A stretch of DNA of 64,000 nt from Piromyces finnis finn. Its lineage: Eukaryota; Fungi; Neocallimastigomycota. This document shows, piece by piece, positions 1 through 14,318 of this stretch. The DNA lies in the NCBI GenBank assembly GCA_002104945.1, contig MCFH01000035.1, forward strand, positions 186,001 through 250,000, in the 5' to 3' direction. The first letter of the stretch is position 1. Every line of letters starts with the position of its first letter. The notes beneath the pieces were generated by a model. The model saw only the letters and a program-made list of their open reading frames with translations, had not been told where the DNA came from and searched no databases. The position numbers and the translations under genes are program-made.

Positions 1-55
1 CATTTACTGTTGCTGGAGGGAGAAGTGACTCTCCTTTTGATTTCGTTTGATCCAT
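1..55 (-). CDS. Probable first coding exon of a gene continuing off the left edge (MDQTKSKGESLLPPATVN...)
   Basis: The first 55 nt are much more GC-rich than the following 3 kb. On the minus strand an ATG at 55-53 (preceded by TTAAA) opens a stop-free frame to the edge. A possible GTAAAT donor lies near the edge. Too short to identify. Confidence 0.45.
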   Translation of the reverse strand, partial: MDQTKSKGESLLPPATVN

Positions 56-3000
56 TTTAAATTTAATTACACAAAAAAAATATAATATAAAATATTTGTT
101 TTGTGATTCAATTAACTAAATAACTATATTAAAATTTATAATAATAAAAAATAATAATAGGTTAAAGAATATGTAAATAATTTTCACATATATATATTTA
201 TTTAGTAAATTGAATTGTTTTTATTATATATAAAATAAAACATTTACACATTTATATCATATATAATTTCAATTATTATTTTTTTTAATTCAGTTTATTT
301 TAAATAAAATTGTAAAATTTTGTATTATGGTGAATTAATTATGAAAATTTTAGTAAAATAGAGGATAATGAATTTTATATAGTAACATTAACGAATTAAT
401 GTTTTTTTTTTTTTAACTATGATTTCTAGTATTTGAAGAAAATAACTACTTATGATAATTATTAATTTAAAATTTATTTTTGGAGTTATATATTATGTAT
501 AGTTTTTCGAGTATTTATATATATATTTTAAGAAGTTAATGATATTATTAATTATTAGTTATTCATTATTATTGTTATATTTTTTTCATACTGTTAAAAA
601 TTAATTAACCATTTTTATAATATTATTATAATTATAAATTTTGAATATTATTATTTGAAATGGTAATATATTTCATCTTAAGATTTTACTTTTTTTATTC
701 ATTTAATTGATATAAAAGAATCTTAATACTACCATAAATACTATAAATTATTATTATAGTGTTCTTATAAAGAATTACTAAATTCATTAATACATTTTCA
801 ATATATATAAAATAATAAAAATATTTCTATACCTTATTTAAGAAATTTCTTTTTTCTTCTATAGCAATATTACTTATTACTTATTATTTTATTATAAACT
901 CATATTATAATTCTTCAATTTTCCTTATAATAGTATATATTTTATATTAACATTATTTTTTTTTTTCTTTTATCTTTTTTTTTTTTTTTAAAAAAAAAGT
1001 TTTAATTTCTTTTTTAAAAAACAAAAATATATTTTCGAATTTATTAATAAAGATTAAATAAAATTTGTGAAAATAAAAGTATTAATAAATATACTCTTAA
1101 AAACTTTTACCTTTTTATTATCCAAATATAAAGTTATATTAAAATAATAATTATAACAACAATAACAATATATATAAAAAAGATAAAAAGAAAAATATAG
1201 AAATTATTGTTAAGTTTTTATTAAAAGATGTATGTATTTTTTTAATAGTATTTAAAGTTTATTAAAAATATTAAAGTTTTAAATTTAATATTGTATAAAA
1301 CAAAAAACAAAAACAAAAAATAAAAAAAATATTGAATTAAATCTGTAGTTATTATGATAGACAGTAAATGAAATAAGAAATTAATAATTAGAGGATAAGA
1401 ATTGAAATTCTATATTATAATATCTATTTAATATATATATATATATTTTTTTTTTCCTTTATTATTTAAATAGAAATTTTAAATTAAATTCAATAAATGA
1501 TTATTATATAGGATTAGACAATCAATAAACTTAGATATGTTTATAAGTATTAAAAATATCAGAGCAAACTATTAATAACCTTCCTTTCTATTGAATTGAA
1601 ACCACTTTATTTATTCTATAAAATAATAAGTTTAATATGAAATATAAAATAAAGATTATGAAACAGTATTAATTTTTTTTTACAAAAATATACATTATAT
1701 AAAAATATTCATATATATATATAAACAAAGAAAAGGTATAATATTTATTGGGAGAAATAAAAAAAAAAATCAAAGTAAACTATGTATGAGTAAATATATT
1801 AAATTATATATATTATGTAAAACATAATACATTTTATAGTGAAAAGCTTGAAATGTTTAATACTATTTTTTAAAGGAATACTAATAAGAATTCTAATAAT
1901 GATTTTTTTGTTATATAAAAAGAAAAAGAAAATTTTGATTTGATTTATACTTAAAAAATAATTGTTTTATCAAAACCAATCTTTTCATAATTATTAAAAT
2001 TAACGATTATTAATCAATATTAAATATATATATTATTAATATTATTATAGTAAAATAATATAATGATTTTAAAAAGTAATGAATTTTTTTTATATATAAA
2101 TATATGAATGATAAAATTATATAAACTCGAAAAAATAAATTCTAATAAAAAAGAAATACAAATTAATATTAATGACAAATTTAATTAATTTTAAAATCCA
2201 AACTTTATTTATAATTAATTAATAAATAGGTAACTCATAAACTTTAGGAATAAAAAGTCAATATTAAGTAGTAGTTCATTTGTTATATAAACAATTTATA
2301 ATTAATTCTTTTAATCACTACTAAGAATTGCTGCTTCTATTAATGAAATATAAATAGTTAGTGTATATTTGTATATTTGAATATTTCTAATTCTTTAAAA
2401 TTCAATATGTAATATATGTAATATGGTGTATTTGTAAGAATTTATATTTTAATATTTACCAAAATTTTTATATATTATTTAATATAAATTAAATTCCATA
2501 AAATTCTTAAAAATATGAAACAATAATAAAATGTCAAAAAAATTTATTTTTTTAAAAAAATCATATGTCAGAGAAAAAAAAATAAATTAAAAAAAAAAGA
2601 GAAAATTAAATTGGTAGTCTTGTCTATTAAAACATTTTTAATGTAAAAGACGAAATAACAAGGTCTTAAATACAACTAATGAACTAATGAATAAATTAAT
2701 AAATATTTTTTAAATTGAAAAAAGTGACTATTATATTTATTTTATAACTAAAAATTAGGAAATATTAAAATAGTAATATGTATATTTGTAGGCCGAATTA
2801 GATTGTCTTTTACCATTTTTATATTATCTAAAATTTTTTACTATTATTCTTGATTTTAATATATATAAAAACTTTACTTTTTATAGAGATGGGATTATAA
2901 TTTAATTTAAAAATTTTCTTTATAATAATTTATTAATATAATATTGTATTATTCCTTATTACTCTTGTGATTATTTATCATAAGAAACTATTAAATAAAT

Positions 3001-3072
3001 TAGCTTTAGAATTATACTACTTCTGTTATAATAGAATAGTTTTTTATAAAATAAAAAAAAAAAAAATAGATA

Positions 3073-3112
3073 ACATACATACGTACATATATACATACAT
3101 ACATACATACAT
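3073..3112. repeat. Imperfect (TACA)n microsatellite
   Basis: acatacatacgtacatatatacatacatacatacatacat, about 230 bp downstream of the CDK11 stop. Confidence 0.7.
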
Positions 3113-3305
3113 TATTATATATTTACTGCATAGATATACACATTAAATATAAATATAAATATAATAAATAATGAAATAATTAACTGTATTATATACAAAT
3201 TATTATGACTAAACATAAATAAAACTGTAATGGAGTTGATATATATAATGAATTGATATATTAATATATGTTACATATATTAAATAAATAGGCTAAATAG
3301 GTTTC

Positions 3306-3336
<31 letters not shown>

Positions 3337-3338
3337 AA

Positions 3339-5809
3339 TTAAATTTTCAATCTGAAACCAGATGAAGCTTGCGATTGATAACCAAATAAAGATGATTCAA
3401 CCTCTTCTGAACCATCATTATATTGTCCTTTAGGTGCTGAAGGCGATAGATAAACTTTTCTCCTATAATATATTGTAATAATAAAATTAATATTGATAAT
3501 CTTATATATTTATATGAATTAAAATTTTCTTTTTCTTTTTTTAAATAAAAATAACAACACTAACTTCTCTCCATTAGCTTTACTTGGAAATGTTGGGAAC
3601 ATACTTGGATCTTTCGGTAATGGACTTTCTTTAAAGTATGGATGCTTTAAAGCTTCCTCAGCTGTTATACGCTTTTCTGGATCATATGTTAGTAGTTTCG
3701 ACATTAAATCTAATCCATTTTCAGAGAGAAAGGGAAATCGACTTCTTATATTATTATATCTATATTTTTAATTAAAAAAAAAAAGTTATTTAGTTTTATT
3801 AAATTATGTCAAGTATAAATTATTATATTAATTATTAATATAAAATTTTAATTACTTGTAATTTCCAAAAGTAAATGATTTTGTACTCATTAATTTTTCA
3901 TATCCTGGCCATATTTTTTCATTTGGAGTACCTAATAATTTAAATATCTACATTATTTTAAATTAATATTTTTTCTTCTTCTTTATTTTACTTTATTATT
4001 ATTATTATTATTATTATCATTATTATTATTTTTTTTTTAAATTTATTCTTTTTCTTTCTTTTAAGATAAAAATTTTCAAACTTACCTTATTAATTTGCTC
4101 AATTTCAGTTGTTCCTGGGAATAATGGTGCTTTATTTACTAATTCTGCAAAAATACATCCTATGGACCACAAATCGATAGCTTTTGTATAATTTTTTTCC
4201 CCTAATAATAATTCAGGAGCTCTAAAAATAATAAAAACATAAAATAAAATAGCAATAAATTTTAATTATAAAGAATTATATTTTGTATTTTATACCTCAT
4301 GATTTAACAAAACAAGATAAAAGATTTAAAAAATTTATAATATTATTAATTACCTATACCATAATGTTACAACTAATGGCGTTAATTTATTCATTGAGCT
4401 TCCAAATCTTCTAGCAAGACCAAAATCAGCTAATTTTATTTGACCTTTATTATTCATTAAAATATTTGAAGTCTTCAAATCTCGATGGATAATCCAATAA
4501 TTGTGTAATAATGCAACAGCTGATAGAAGTTGTAGCATTATTGTTTTTATTTCCGATTGAAGAAAAGGATCTTCCATTTCTTCCATTAAACTTTTAAGAT
4601 CATGTTCGACAAATTCCATAGCAATAAATACTCTTTTTTTATAATAATTATGATTAATAAATATTTACTACTACTACTACTATTAATAAAAATAAAAATA
4701 ATACTAATAAACTTACTTATTTATATCACTTCCAATTGCAATTTCTTTAACATCAACAATATTTGGATGCTTTGCCATTAATAACATTTGAATTTCTCTT
4801 AATGATGTTGTTGGAAAACCAAATTTTTCTTTATCTAATTTTAATTTTTTCAATGCTATAATTTCACCTGTTTCTTTATCTCTTGCACGATATACAACAC
4901 CATATGCACCTTCTTCAATTCTATTTAATTTTTCATAATTATCGACACTTCTACAAGATATTAATGCTGGTGCAGTTGGGTAAGGTGGTGTTGTGATATA
5001 ATTATTTGTGTTATTTTCTTCTATAGGTAAATCTTGTTCATTAATTGAAGTTATACTACCAACTGGTGAAGAAGATCTTGATCTTCCCATTATTTGATAT
5101 TCATCAACACTATTTTTATATGTTTTGTGAAGTGGTGTATTATTACCATGTTTGGTACTATATATTGAATCTATGCTGTCTTTTCTTTCAGGTGAATTTT
5201 GTATACTTTGAGATTTTGAATGCTTTTTTGTTCTTTTTTTTCTTTTTTTTTTCTGGTGATTATCTTCCTCATCTTCATTTTCTTCCCAAATTGATTTTGA
5301 TTTTCTTTTTCCTTCTAATAAATTTTTAAAAAATTGTGAACTATCATTTATTTTATTATTATTTTCTGTTTTATCTTTAGTTTTATCATTGTTATTAATG
5401 TCAATGTCTTCAATGTATTTTGAATTTTTATTGTCCATTTCTTTTTTTAATTGATCCTCATAATCCTGTATTTTTTTTAATTTTATATCATCACTATTTT
5501 CGAGTTTTAATTTATATGACTTTGGAAAAACTTTATTATCTATCATTTATTTTGTTAAAAAATTTTGTTAATATTAGATATTATTAATAAAAGTATTAAA
5601 GTTGAAATTTATGTTTTAATTTTAAAATTTAGTGAATGATTTAAGTAAATTTCTAATGATGAATAAAAATCATTACTTTTTAAATAGGAATTATCATTAT
5701 TTTTATTATCCTCTTCTTCCTCAATAAGTTCACCTTCTTCTAAATCATCATAATTTATTATTATTCTATTGTTGACTAATACATTGTCTGTTTTATTATA
5801 TTGAGACAT
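3339..5809 (-). CDS. CDK11: Cyclin-dependent kinase 11 (PITSLRE/CDC2L family), 7 exons
   Basis: Exons 5809-5677, 5539-4717, 4632-4354, 4221-4086, 3947-3856, 3759-3565, 3462-3339, all GT-AG and phase-compatible. Motifs: [25 protein letters not shown] (PITSLRE helix), [37 protein letters not shown]-terminal GFRLKI*. The N-terminal LEEGEL acidic motif is in exon 1. Confidence 0.92.
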
Positions 5810-6054
5810 TTTAAATTATGAATATTATATAAATGTTTTTTATTTTTTATTTTTTTTATTAATGCTTTATTATTTAATAGTTATATAAAATAAAAGTTAA
5901 TTAAAAATACAATTACATTAACAAGGAAGATTTTATTTTTTATATAATAAAGTGTAATCTTTCTTCAATATAATCATAATTAAAAGAAGTAATTCTTATA
6001 TGAGGAAAAATTTTAATTTAATTTTTTGAATTTTTTTTTTTAAATTATTGATTA

Positions 6055-6183
<129 letters not shown>

Positions 6184-7197
6184 TTAATAAATTAATGAAT
6201 TAATTAAGAGATAAATAAATAGACTTTATTAAAAAAAAAATTAAATTTTTAACCTTTTACATAGTATAATATAAATCGAAGAACATCAAACATTTTATAT
6301 ATTTACTATACAATGAGGAAATTATTATTGTTATATTGATTTTTAGTATAATACCGAAATTTCTATTAAACTCTAAATTTCAATTTTTTTTTAATACTAA
6401 GTAATTTCTAAAAATATTATATGTATTTAATATTAAATGTTAAAAAAATTAAATTATATATAATATTTAAAATTTAGATAAAAAGTCATTACAAATATTT
6501 TCTTATCATTTATTTTATTAATAAAAAAAAAAAAATCCATAATATCTTACATTGTAACAACTGATATTAATTTGTGAAATATTTTTATATTTATGCAGAA
6601 ACATTTTATTTATTATAAAAAAGGAAATAAAAATTCATTATTAACCATAAAATTTATAAATATGATATTTACATTTTGATAATTAATAGCTTAAAAAATC
6701 TAAAGTTTATATTTTAGCATTTATTTATATTAATTTCATATACCTTATATAAGAATAAAGTTTGATATAAATAACATAAAAAAGTAAAATTCTAATAATT
6801 AAATAATGTATATATATAATAATTATTTTTCTATTATTATTTAATTTTATATATTTTAATGTATTTACTAAGTAGAATTTGTCAAATTCTGTTTAAAATA
6901 TAAAATAGCTATATTTATTTATAAATAAATGTATCAAAACTTTATAATTTAAAGAAAATAAACTTTAATCATATTATAAAAGTTTTTAGAAAAATTAAAA
7001 TTTAATATTTATATGAGATATATATATATAATTTTTTTTTTTATTTTATGAATTTATAAATATAGAATAGACAAGGATAAACATATTTATTATATCTAAT
7101 AAATATATATTTTCATTCTTTATATCTTATATATCATTATTTAAATTAATTTTATAAAGTACCTTTCATTTGTATATTATATATTTATTGAAGGCAA

Positions 7198-10100
7198 ATG
7201 GAAACAAATGCAAAGCCAGCACAAAATTTGCCTTGGTCTGTTAATCAAAAATTAAAAGACCTTGACAAAGGTTTAAATCATGAATATAATAAACTACATA
7301 ATTATTATACATATTACTATAATTATTTAATATACATAAGAAGCAATTGAATAATTAATATTTTATTTTTTATTCTTTTTTTGTTAATATATAATGTATC
7401 TTATAATGTATTTTATACAATTATCTGTTTTTTTTTTTTTTTTTTTTTTTTTTTCTTTTTAATAAATAATGAATATTAATCAGAATTAAATGATGGTATA
7501 TTAACAGAACAAGGTTATGAAATGAAAAAGAAATTAATTTTAGATACTTTAACACCAATACAACAACAAATGGTTTCTGTAATATATCATATATTATTAA
7601 ATACGAAATATACGACATTTTATTTATTTATATTTTTGTATTAATAAAAAAAATTACATTTTTATATATTCGCTTATTTATTTATATCTATGAAAATACT
7701 TTTATAATGTATAATAAAACTTTAATCATAATAATATAATTTAAAATAAATACAAAATACAATTTAACAATAATAATGGATATTTATAATTGCTAAATAA
7801 TGAAAATAAATAATATCCTTATATATCGACTAATTTTAATTCAATTTATAGGAAAAACAAGAAAAACCATTACCATCAATAGAAAAAAATAATTTTATGA
7901 AATATGACCAAAAAATTAAAGAATCTAGTGAAATGCAAATGAAACAAATTCCAAGTATGATTTAAACATCAATTTTAAAAAAAATATTTAATATATCAAC
8001 GTTATATATATGGAATTTATTACAAATTGAATAACAATAATAACAACCTTGTATAAAATAATATTTTTATTTATATAATATATGCTATTAGATAAAAGTA
8101 GTTCAAGAAAAACATCAGTTAATAACATTGAATCAAATGGAGGAAGAAAACTATCAAATCAAATGTCAAGACATGCAAGTACATCTAATGCAGAAGAAAA
8201 TCATGAACTTACCTCCAGTAAACATACTCAATCAGCATCATCAGATTCTGAAAGAAATGAAAAATTCTCAATTGAACAACTTTGTGAAGATTCATTTGGT
8301 CAATTATCTGATTTAGAATTGAAAAAAACCATTATGGGATTACCAGATAAAAAACAGAAACAACAGAATCTTAATATGAAATATGATACAGTACAAGATG
8401 GTCAAAAGGATGAAGATAGTGATATTGAAGAACTTGTAGATAAGCAAATGAAGCCGTTTATTGTTGGTCCATTAGCAACAAAAGTTGTTGATGACAGTAG
8501 TGGAACATTAATGTCTTCATTCTCTACAATTGTTGCTGTTCTTCGTTTTAGAGCTCATTTAGAACAAAAAGAAACAAAAAAAGCAAGTAGTGTTAGTATT
8601 GTTGACCAAAAAGGTAAAGAAGTAAGCGTTATGAATTTTGAAAGATTAAATTCAAGATCAGAAAAGATTGCTCAGGTTTTAAAAGAAAGAGGTACATTAA
8701 ATAAAGGGGATTGTGTTGCTCTTTTATATAAAAATACTGAAATATTAGAATTCATGGTTGCCCTTTTTGGTTGTTTTTATGCTGGTATGGTAGCTATTCC
8801 AATTATTACATCATCTGTTAATTCTGAAGATGAAATTAAAGAAATAGAAGCCATATTTTCTCATTCAAATTGTAAATTTGGTTTAACTACTGAAAATTCT
8901 TTAAAGTCTTTCCAAAATAAAACATCTCAAGCCAACTTTTCATTCCAAGTTAATTTGCCAAGAATTGAATGGTTAAAGACAGTTGATTTAGGTGTTTACC
9001 ATCCAAAGAAAAAGGGTGTTGAAGAATTAATTAATATTAATTCTAATGAAATTGCTTATATAAGTTATTCTAAGAATAATGATTATTCTCTCAAAGGAAG
9101 TTTAATTGACCATAAAACTATTATGAACACCTGTATGAATATTAAAGGTGTAAACAAATTTACTAGTAATGATATTGTTTTAACTAATATCGAATCAAGA
9201 AACAATATAGGATTAATGAATAATATTTTATTCAGTGTATACAATGGTAACGATGTTATTTTTATGGTTGATTCTCCATCAGAAACCGGAAATACCTGGT
9301 GTAACGTTGTTTCTAGAAATAAAGGTATTTTAAGTTCATTTTATTATTTAAATATTTATTGAATTTATAATATAATAGAGAAATTTTTTATTAACTTTTT
9401 AATCGATAATATCTAATTTAAATATATTATTAAACATATAAATAAGTAACTATTTCAATTTCTAGTTATTCTTCAATGGTTGCCGTTGCAAATAATATAA
9501 ATAATTCTCCACCAAAAAAGAATCCTATTGATTTATCATCACTTCAAACAATTATTATTCCAACACATATTTCGTATGGTGATGTTAATGAGTATATTGA
9601 GAATTCTTTATCTCCATACGGATTACAAAGTAATATTATATGTCCAATGGGTATATTAACTGAATATGGAGGTACAATTTTCTGTATGAGAAATAGAGTT
9701 TTAACAAAACAAAACGTCAAATTATTAGATCTTTTTATAAATAATCAATATATGAAATGTAATAAAGTTAAAATTAATGCTCAGTGTTCACCAGGAGCTC
9801 AACAACCACCAAATACCACTAGAGCAACTGAACTAGGTTTTATTCTTCCAGAAGGTATATATATAGTAACATTATTTTATTGATACAACAAAATTTCTAA
9901 ATTTTTTATTTTAAAAACTTCATTTAATTAATCTTTTTAATTTATTAAATTTTGAAATATAGTTAATATTGCTATTGTAAATCCAGCTGATCATTCTTTA
10001 TGTACATCTCAAGGTATTGGTGAAATTTGGATTTCAGCTCCAAATTATTTACCTTCCAAAATTATTAATATAAATAAACAAGATGAAGAAAATGTGTATC

Positions 10101-13100
10101 ATCCAATTTATTATACTCATGTCCAAACATCCACATCTAAAAGTACTAAGAAGAATGGTGTTTATGCTGAGCAAATTACTGATGATTATATACCAACAGG
10201 TATTATTGGTTTTATATTAGAACCAACAAGTCCAAATGAAAATGATCTTCCTAGATTATTCTCATTAGGTCTTAAAAGAGATGTAATTAAGCAATTAAGA
10301 ATAATTGCTCCACCAAATGTTAACTCTGGATTACCTCCAGAATTGGCTAGAAAGAGATGGGTTACTCATATGTCTAATCATTTAATTAATACAGTTTTAT
10401 CACAAGTACCACACATCCTTAGTGCTACTACATATATTCTTCCAATTAACAATGATTATTTACCAACAATGATGATTGAAACTAATATTGGAGAAAGTGA
10501 TTATAAAAACTTAGTTGGACTTGTAATGAAGAAATTAGAAGAAATTCAAGGATACAAGTTATATTGCATAACCTTATCTTCTCCAAATACTTTACCAAGA
10601 GAACAAGTTTATAATCATGGTGTAGGTTTTGGCACAACATTTACAAATGCATCGAATATTATTTCCAAATATACAAATGGAAATAATTCATATACATATA
10701 GAGCAAGTGATTTATTATTTGATAAAGGATGCCATGAAGAATTTAGAACTGGTAATCTTAATCTTCAATTTTTCTACGTAAATCCAAAGATTGTTAAAGA
10801 TATTCCAGAATATAATAATACTTCATTAATTGCTAATAGACAAAAATTAATGGCAAAAATTACTTCTGAACATTTACAAGTTATTTGTGGAAAAGACTGT
10901 CTTCCAATTCTTGAAGATCATACTCAAGTTAATTTATTAGAATTCAAATCAGTTTTAGATATTTTAGTTTGGAGAGCAAGACAATATCCAAAAGAATTAG
11001 TATATAATACAATTGATAATAAGGGTCGTGAAGGAAGAGGTATTACTTTTTTAAAATTATTAACAAAGGTTTATTCTCTTGCCCATTATCTTGCTGAAAA
11101 GAAAGGTGTTCGTCCTGGTGATCATGTAATGATTATATTTACTCATGGAATTGATTACATTTATGCATTACATGCTTGTATGTATCTTGGTGCAATTCCT
11201 ATTCCATTCCAACCTCCAGATATTAACCATTTACCAGAAATCATTCCAAATATGCTTTCAATTATTGAAGAATTTAAGATTAATTTATTATTGGTAAACG
11301 AACCTGTAGAAGAAGCATTGAAGGGAAAACGTGTTCAATCAGTAGTTAAAGAAATGTATCAAAAGACATCTGATGGAAGAAGTTCCCCAAAGTTACCAAC
11401 TATTCTTCTTGCTAGTAAAGCACCAAAAATTAAGCAGTTTAATGTTGATGAAGATTCTCTTTATAAACCAGTTTATGATAATACAAAAGCTGCTCTTGTA
11501 TTTGTTATTTATGATTCAAATTATCAAAGAGCATGCTTAAAGTTTACAAATGAAGCTATTATGTCTCAGTGTAAGAGTTTAGCACATCATTATCAATTAT
11601 TAGAAAGTACTTCTCCAAGTGGTTCTAGTGTTCAAAATTCATTTTTACCAAGTTCAAGACCATTACTTAGTTGTGTGAGATCTTATGAAGGTATGGGATT
11701 AATTAGTACAGCAATGTTAGGTGTATTCACAGGTGCTATGACTTTATTAATTCCACCATATGATTTCTTCATGAATCCATTAATTTGGTTTGAAACTGTT
11801 CATAAATATAAGGGTATGCATATATTGAAATAGAATAATTTATAAATTATTATATTAATAAAATATTATATATATTATAGTTAAGGATGTATTCTGTACT
11901 ATTCAAATGATGGAACATGCCACTAATGTACTTATTAGCAATGGTTCTATTGATGGAAAAGCATTCTCTCTTCATAATTTAAAGAATCTTGCTATTATAT
12001 CTTCTGAAAGACCAAAACCGATTGAATGTAAATGATATAAAAAATATATAATATATATAAAAGTACTTCTCTTATTATAAATATTTTTAATACTAATTGT
12101 ATGTATAATATATTATATAGATGATGCAATCTACAGGGCATTCTATGCAAATAGATTAGATGAAAGATCAATTGCTCCTCTTTATTCATCAGAAGTTAAT
12201 CCATTTGTTTCTTCAAAGGGTTATACTGATTCAAATCATGCTACTTTATTATTAGATGCTAGTGAATTACGTAAAGGAAAGGTCAAAGTAATTAAGCATA
12301 TATATGGTGATAAGATGATTATTGAAGAAAGTTACGATAAATTTGTTAAAGAAAGTCATTATGTTAGTGATGGCAGTGATTATGATGAACAATTAATTGG
12401 AACAATTCTCGTTAGAGATTCTGGAATTGTAAGTCTATTTTTTTTTTTTATTTAATATTTACCCAAATTCAAATGAGAGTATATTAATGAAATTATTTAT
12501 GATCTTCAATAATGTATCTTTATGTAATTAGATTACATGTGATTCAAGAGTTGCTATTGTTAATCCTGAAACAAAGAGTATTTGTTTAAAGGGTGAAGTT
12601 GGTGAAATTTGGGTAAGAAGTAAGGGTAGCGCAAGTGGATATTATGGATCAGTCTTTGGTGAAAACCATGAAAATTCAAAAAGAGCTAATGATGAAAAAT
12701 TCAATTCAAGAATTAAGGGTGAAAATAATAGTGATATTGAAGGATATATAAAGACAGGTGATTATGGTTTCTTATGGAATATTCCATTAGATACTAGTGG
12801 TAAAACTAATAGTTATGAGTCAGTTTTATTCGTTGTAAGTTCCTTAGACAATATTATAATGATAAACGGATTAAAACATATTTTAAGTGATATTGAACAA
12901 ACAATTGAAAAAAGTCATGACTCTATTCCAAGATATGGATGGTAATATATAAAAATATAAAAAATATTTTTTTTATAATTTTTAAAATAAACTATATATA
13001 GTAATTTTATTAATTATTCAAAATTATTTAACTATCTAAAATATATTAGTGTCGTTTTCCAAACTGATGGAAAAACAATAGCAATAGTTGAATGTAGAAA

Positions 13101-13431
13101 CGAGAATGAAATATATGATATTATATCAAATACCTTAAACTCTGTTCTCGAGCAACACAAATTTATATTAGATGAAATTGTAATTGTAGCTCATGGTAGT
13201 TTATGTAAGAACAGATTACATGAAAAACAAAGAAAAAGAATTGAAATGGCATACAAAACTCATAATTTGTAAGTATAACATATAAATAATAATAATAGTT
13301 ATAATAATCTCACTTTATTAAATTATATTTTTAATATAATCTTTTTTTTTTTTTTTAATATTAACATAATGTATATATATATTATATGTAGACCAATTAT
13401 TAAGACCTTTAATTCTTCACTTGGATATTAA
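7198..13431 (+). CDS. DIP2: DIP2/Cmr2 family protein: DMAP1-binding domain plus two fatty acyl-AMP ligase-like domains, 11 exons
   Basis: Exons 7198-7270, 7484-7572, 7852-7954, 8092-9324, 9447-9854, 9963-11813, 11881-12027, 12121-12428, 12532-12941, 13050-13268, 13392-13431. Spliced N-terminus LDKELNDGILTEQGYEMKKKLI fits the DMAP-binding motif. Two AMP-binding-like units are present: GDCVALLY / IAYISYSK / IAIVNPA..GEIWISAP, and GDHVMIIF..GIDYIYALHACMYLGAIPIP / VAIVNPET..GEVGEIWV / RTGDYGFLW. Confidence 0.88.
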
Positions 13432-13868
13432 GCATTTTTAAAATAGATATATAACAAATTCTTATTATTTATTTATTATTTATTTATTAATATTTTAATT
13501 ATTATGTAATTAAAATTAAACTATAATATATATATATTATTTTTATAAATTTTTTATGAATTTATATAGAAATACTGGATTAGAAAAAATGAATTTTTTT
13601 TTAAAAAAAAAAAAAAAAAAAAAATAATAGAATATACTACTAATTTTTATTAAAAACACTAATAATATGATAAAGATCTTTTATGTAGTGTAATTTTTAT
13701 TTTTATTTTTTATTATTTATTTTATTTTTATTATATAATTTATTTAAATTATTTATTCAGTTATTAATGTATTATAAAAAAAAACCATCAATTAAAATTT
13801 AATGTTTAATTTATTAAATTTTTGTTTAAAAATATTTATAGTAATAATTTCAGTAATAGTATTTTATT

Positions 13869-14284
13869 TTACATGATGCATTTTAATGTTTTATAGCCGA
13901 TATCATTTCTCTTGAAACGTTCTGCTTTTATTTTATTTAAATTATTTTGATATAATTTTTCGTTGTTTTCTAATTGGGATTTATAATGCAATTCTAATTC
14001 TTCTATTATTAAATTTAATTTATTATTATATTTATTTCTATATTCAATGAATTTTTGTAAATGCTCTTGTCTTTTAGTTTCAATTTCTTTTTGTTTTGCT
14101 TGGAATATTTTATTAATTATTTTATAAGAATTTTCTATTCTTTGTTCTATTGCTACTCTTCTTGATATAATATTTAGATCAGAAGAATAGTACCATGATA
14201 AAAAGTTATCTATTTCATTATCATCCTTTTGATAGTAATTATTTATACTAACATCATTGTTATTTGAATAACTTTGATTATTTA

Positions 14285-14318
<34 letters not shown>

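Noticed and set aside
5609-5809. Independent small gene or uORF upstream of CDK11
   Set aside because: It splices in frame to the kinase through a canonical GT-AG intron, so it is better explained as exon 1.
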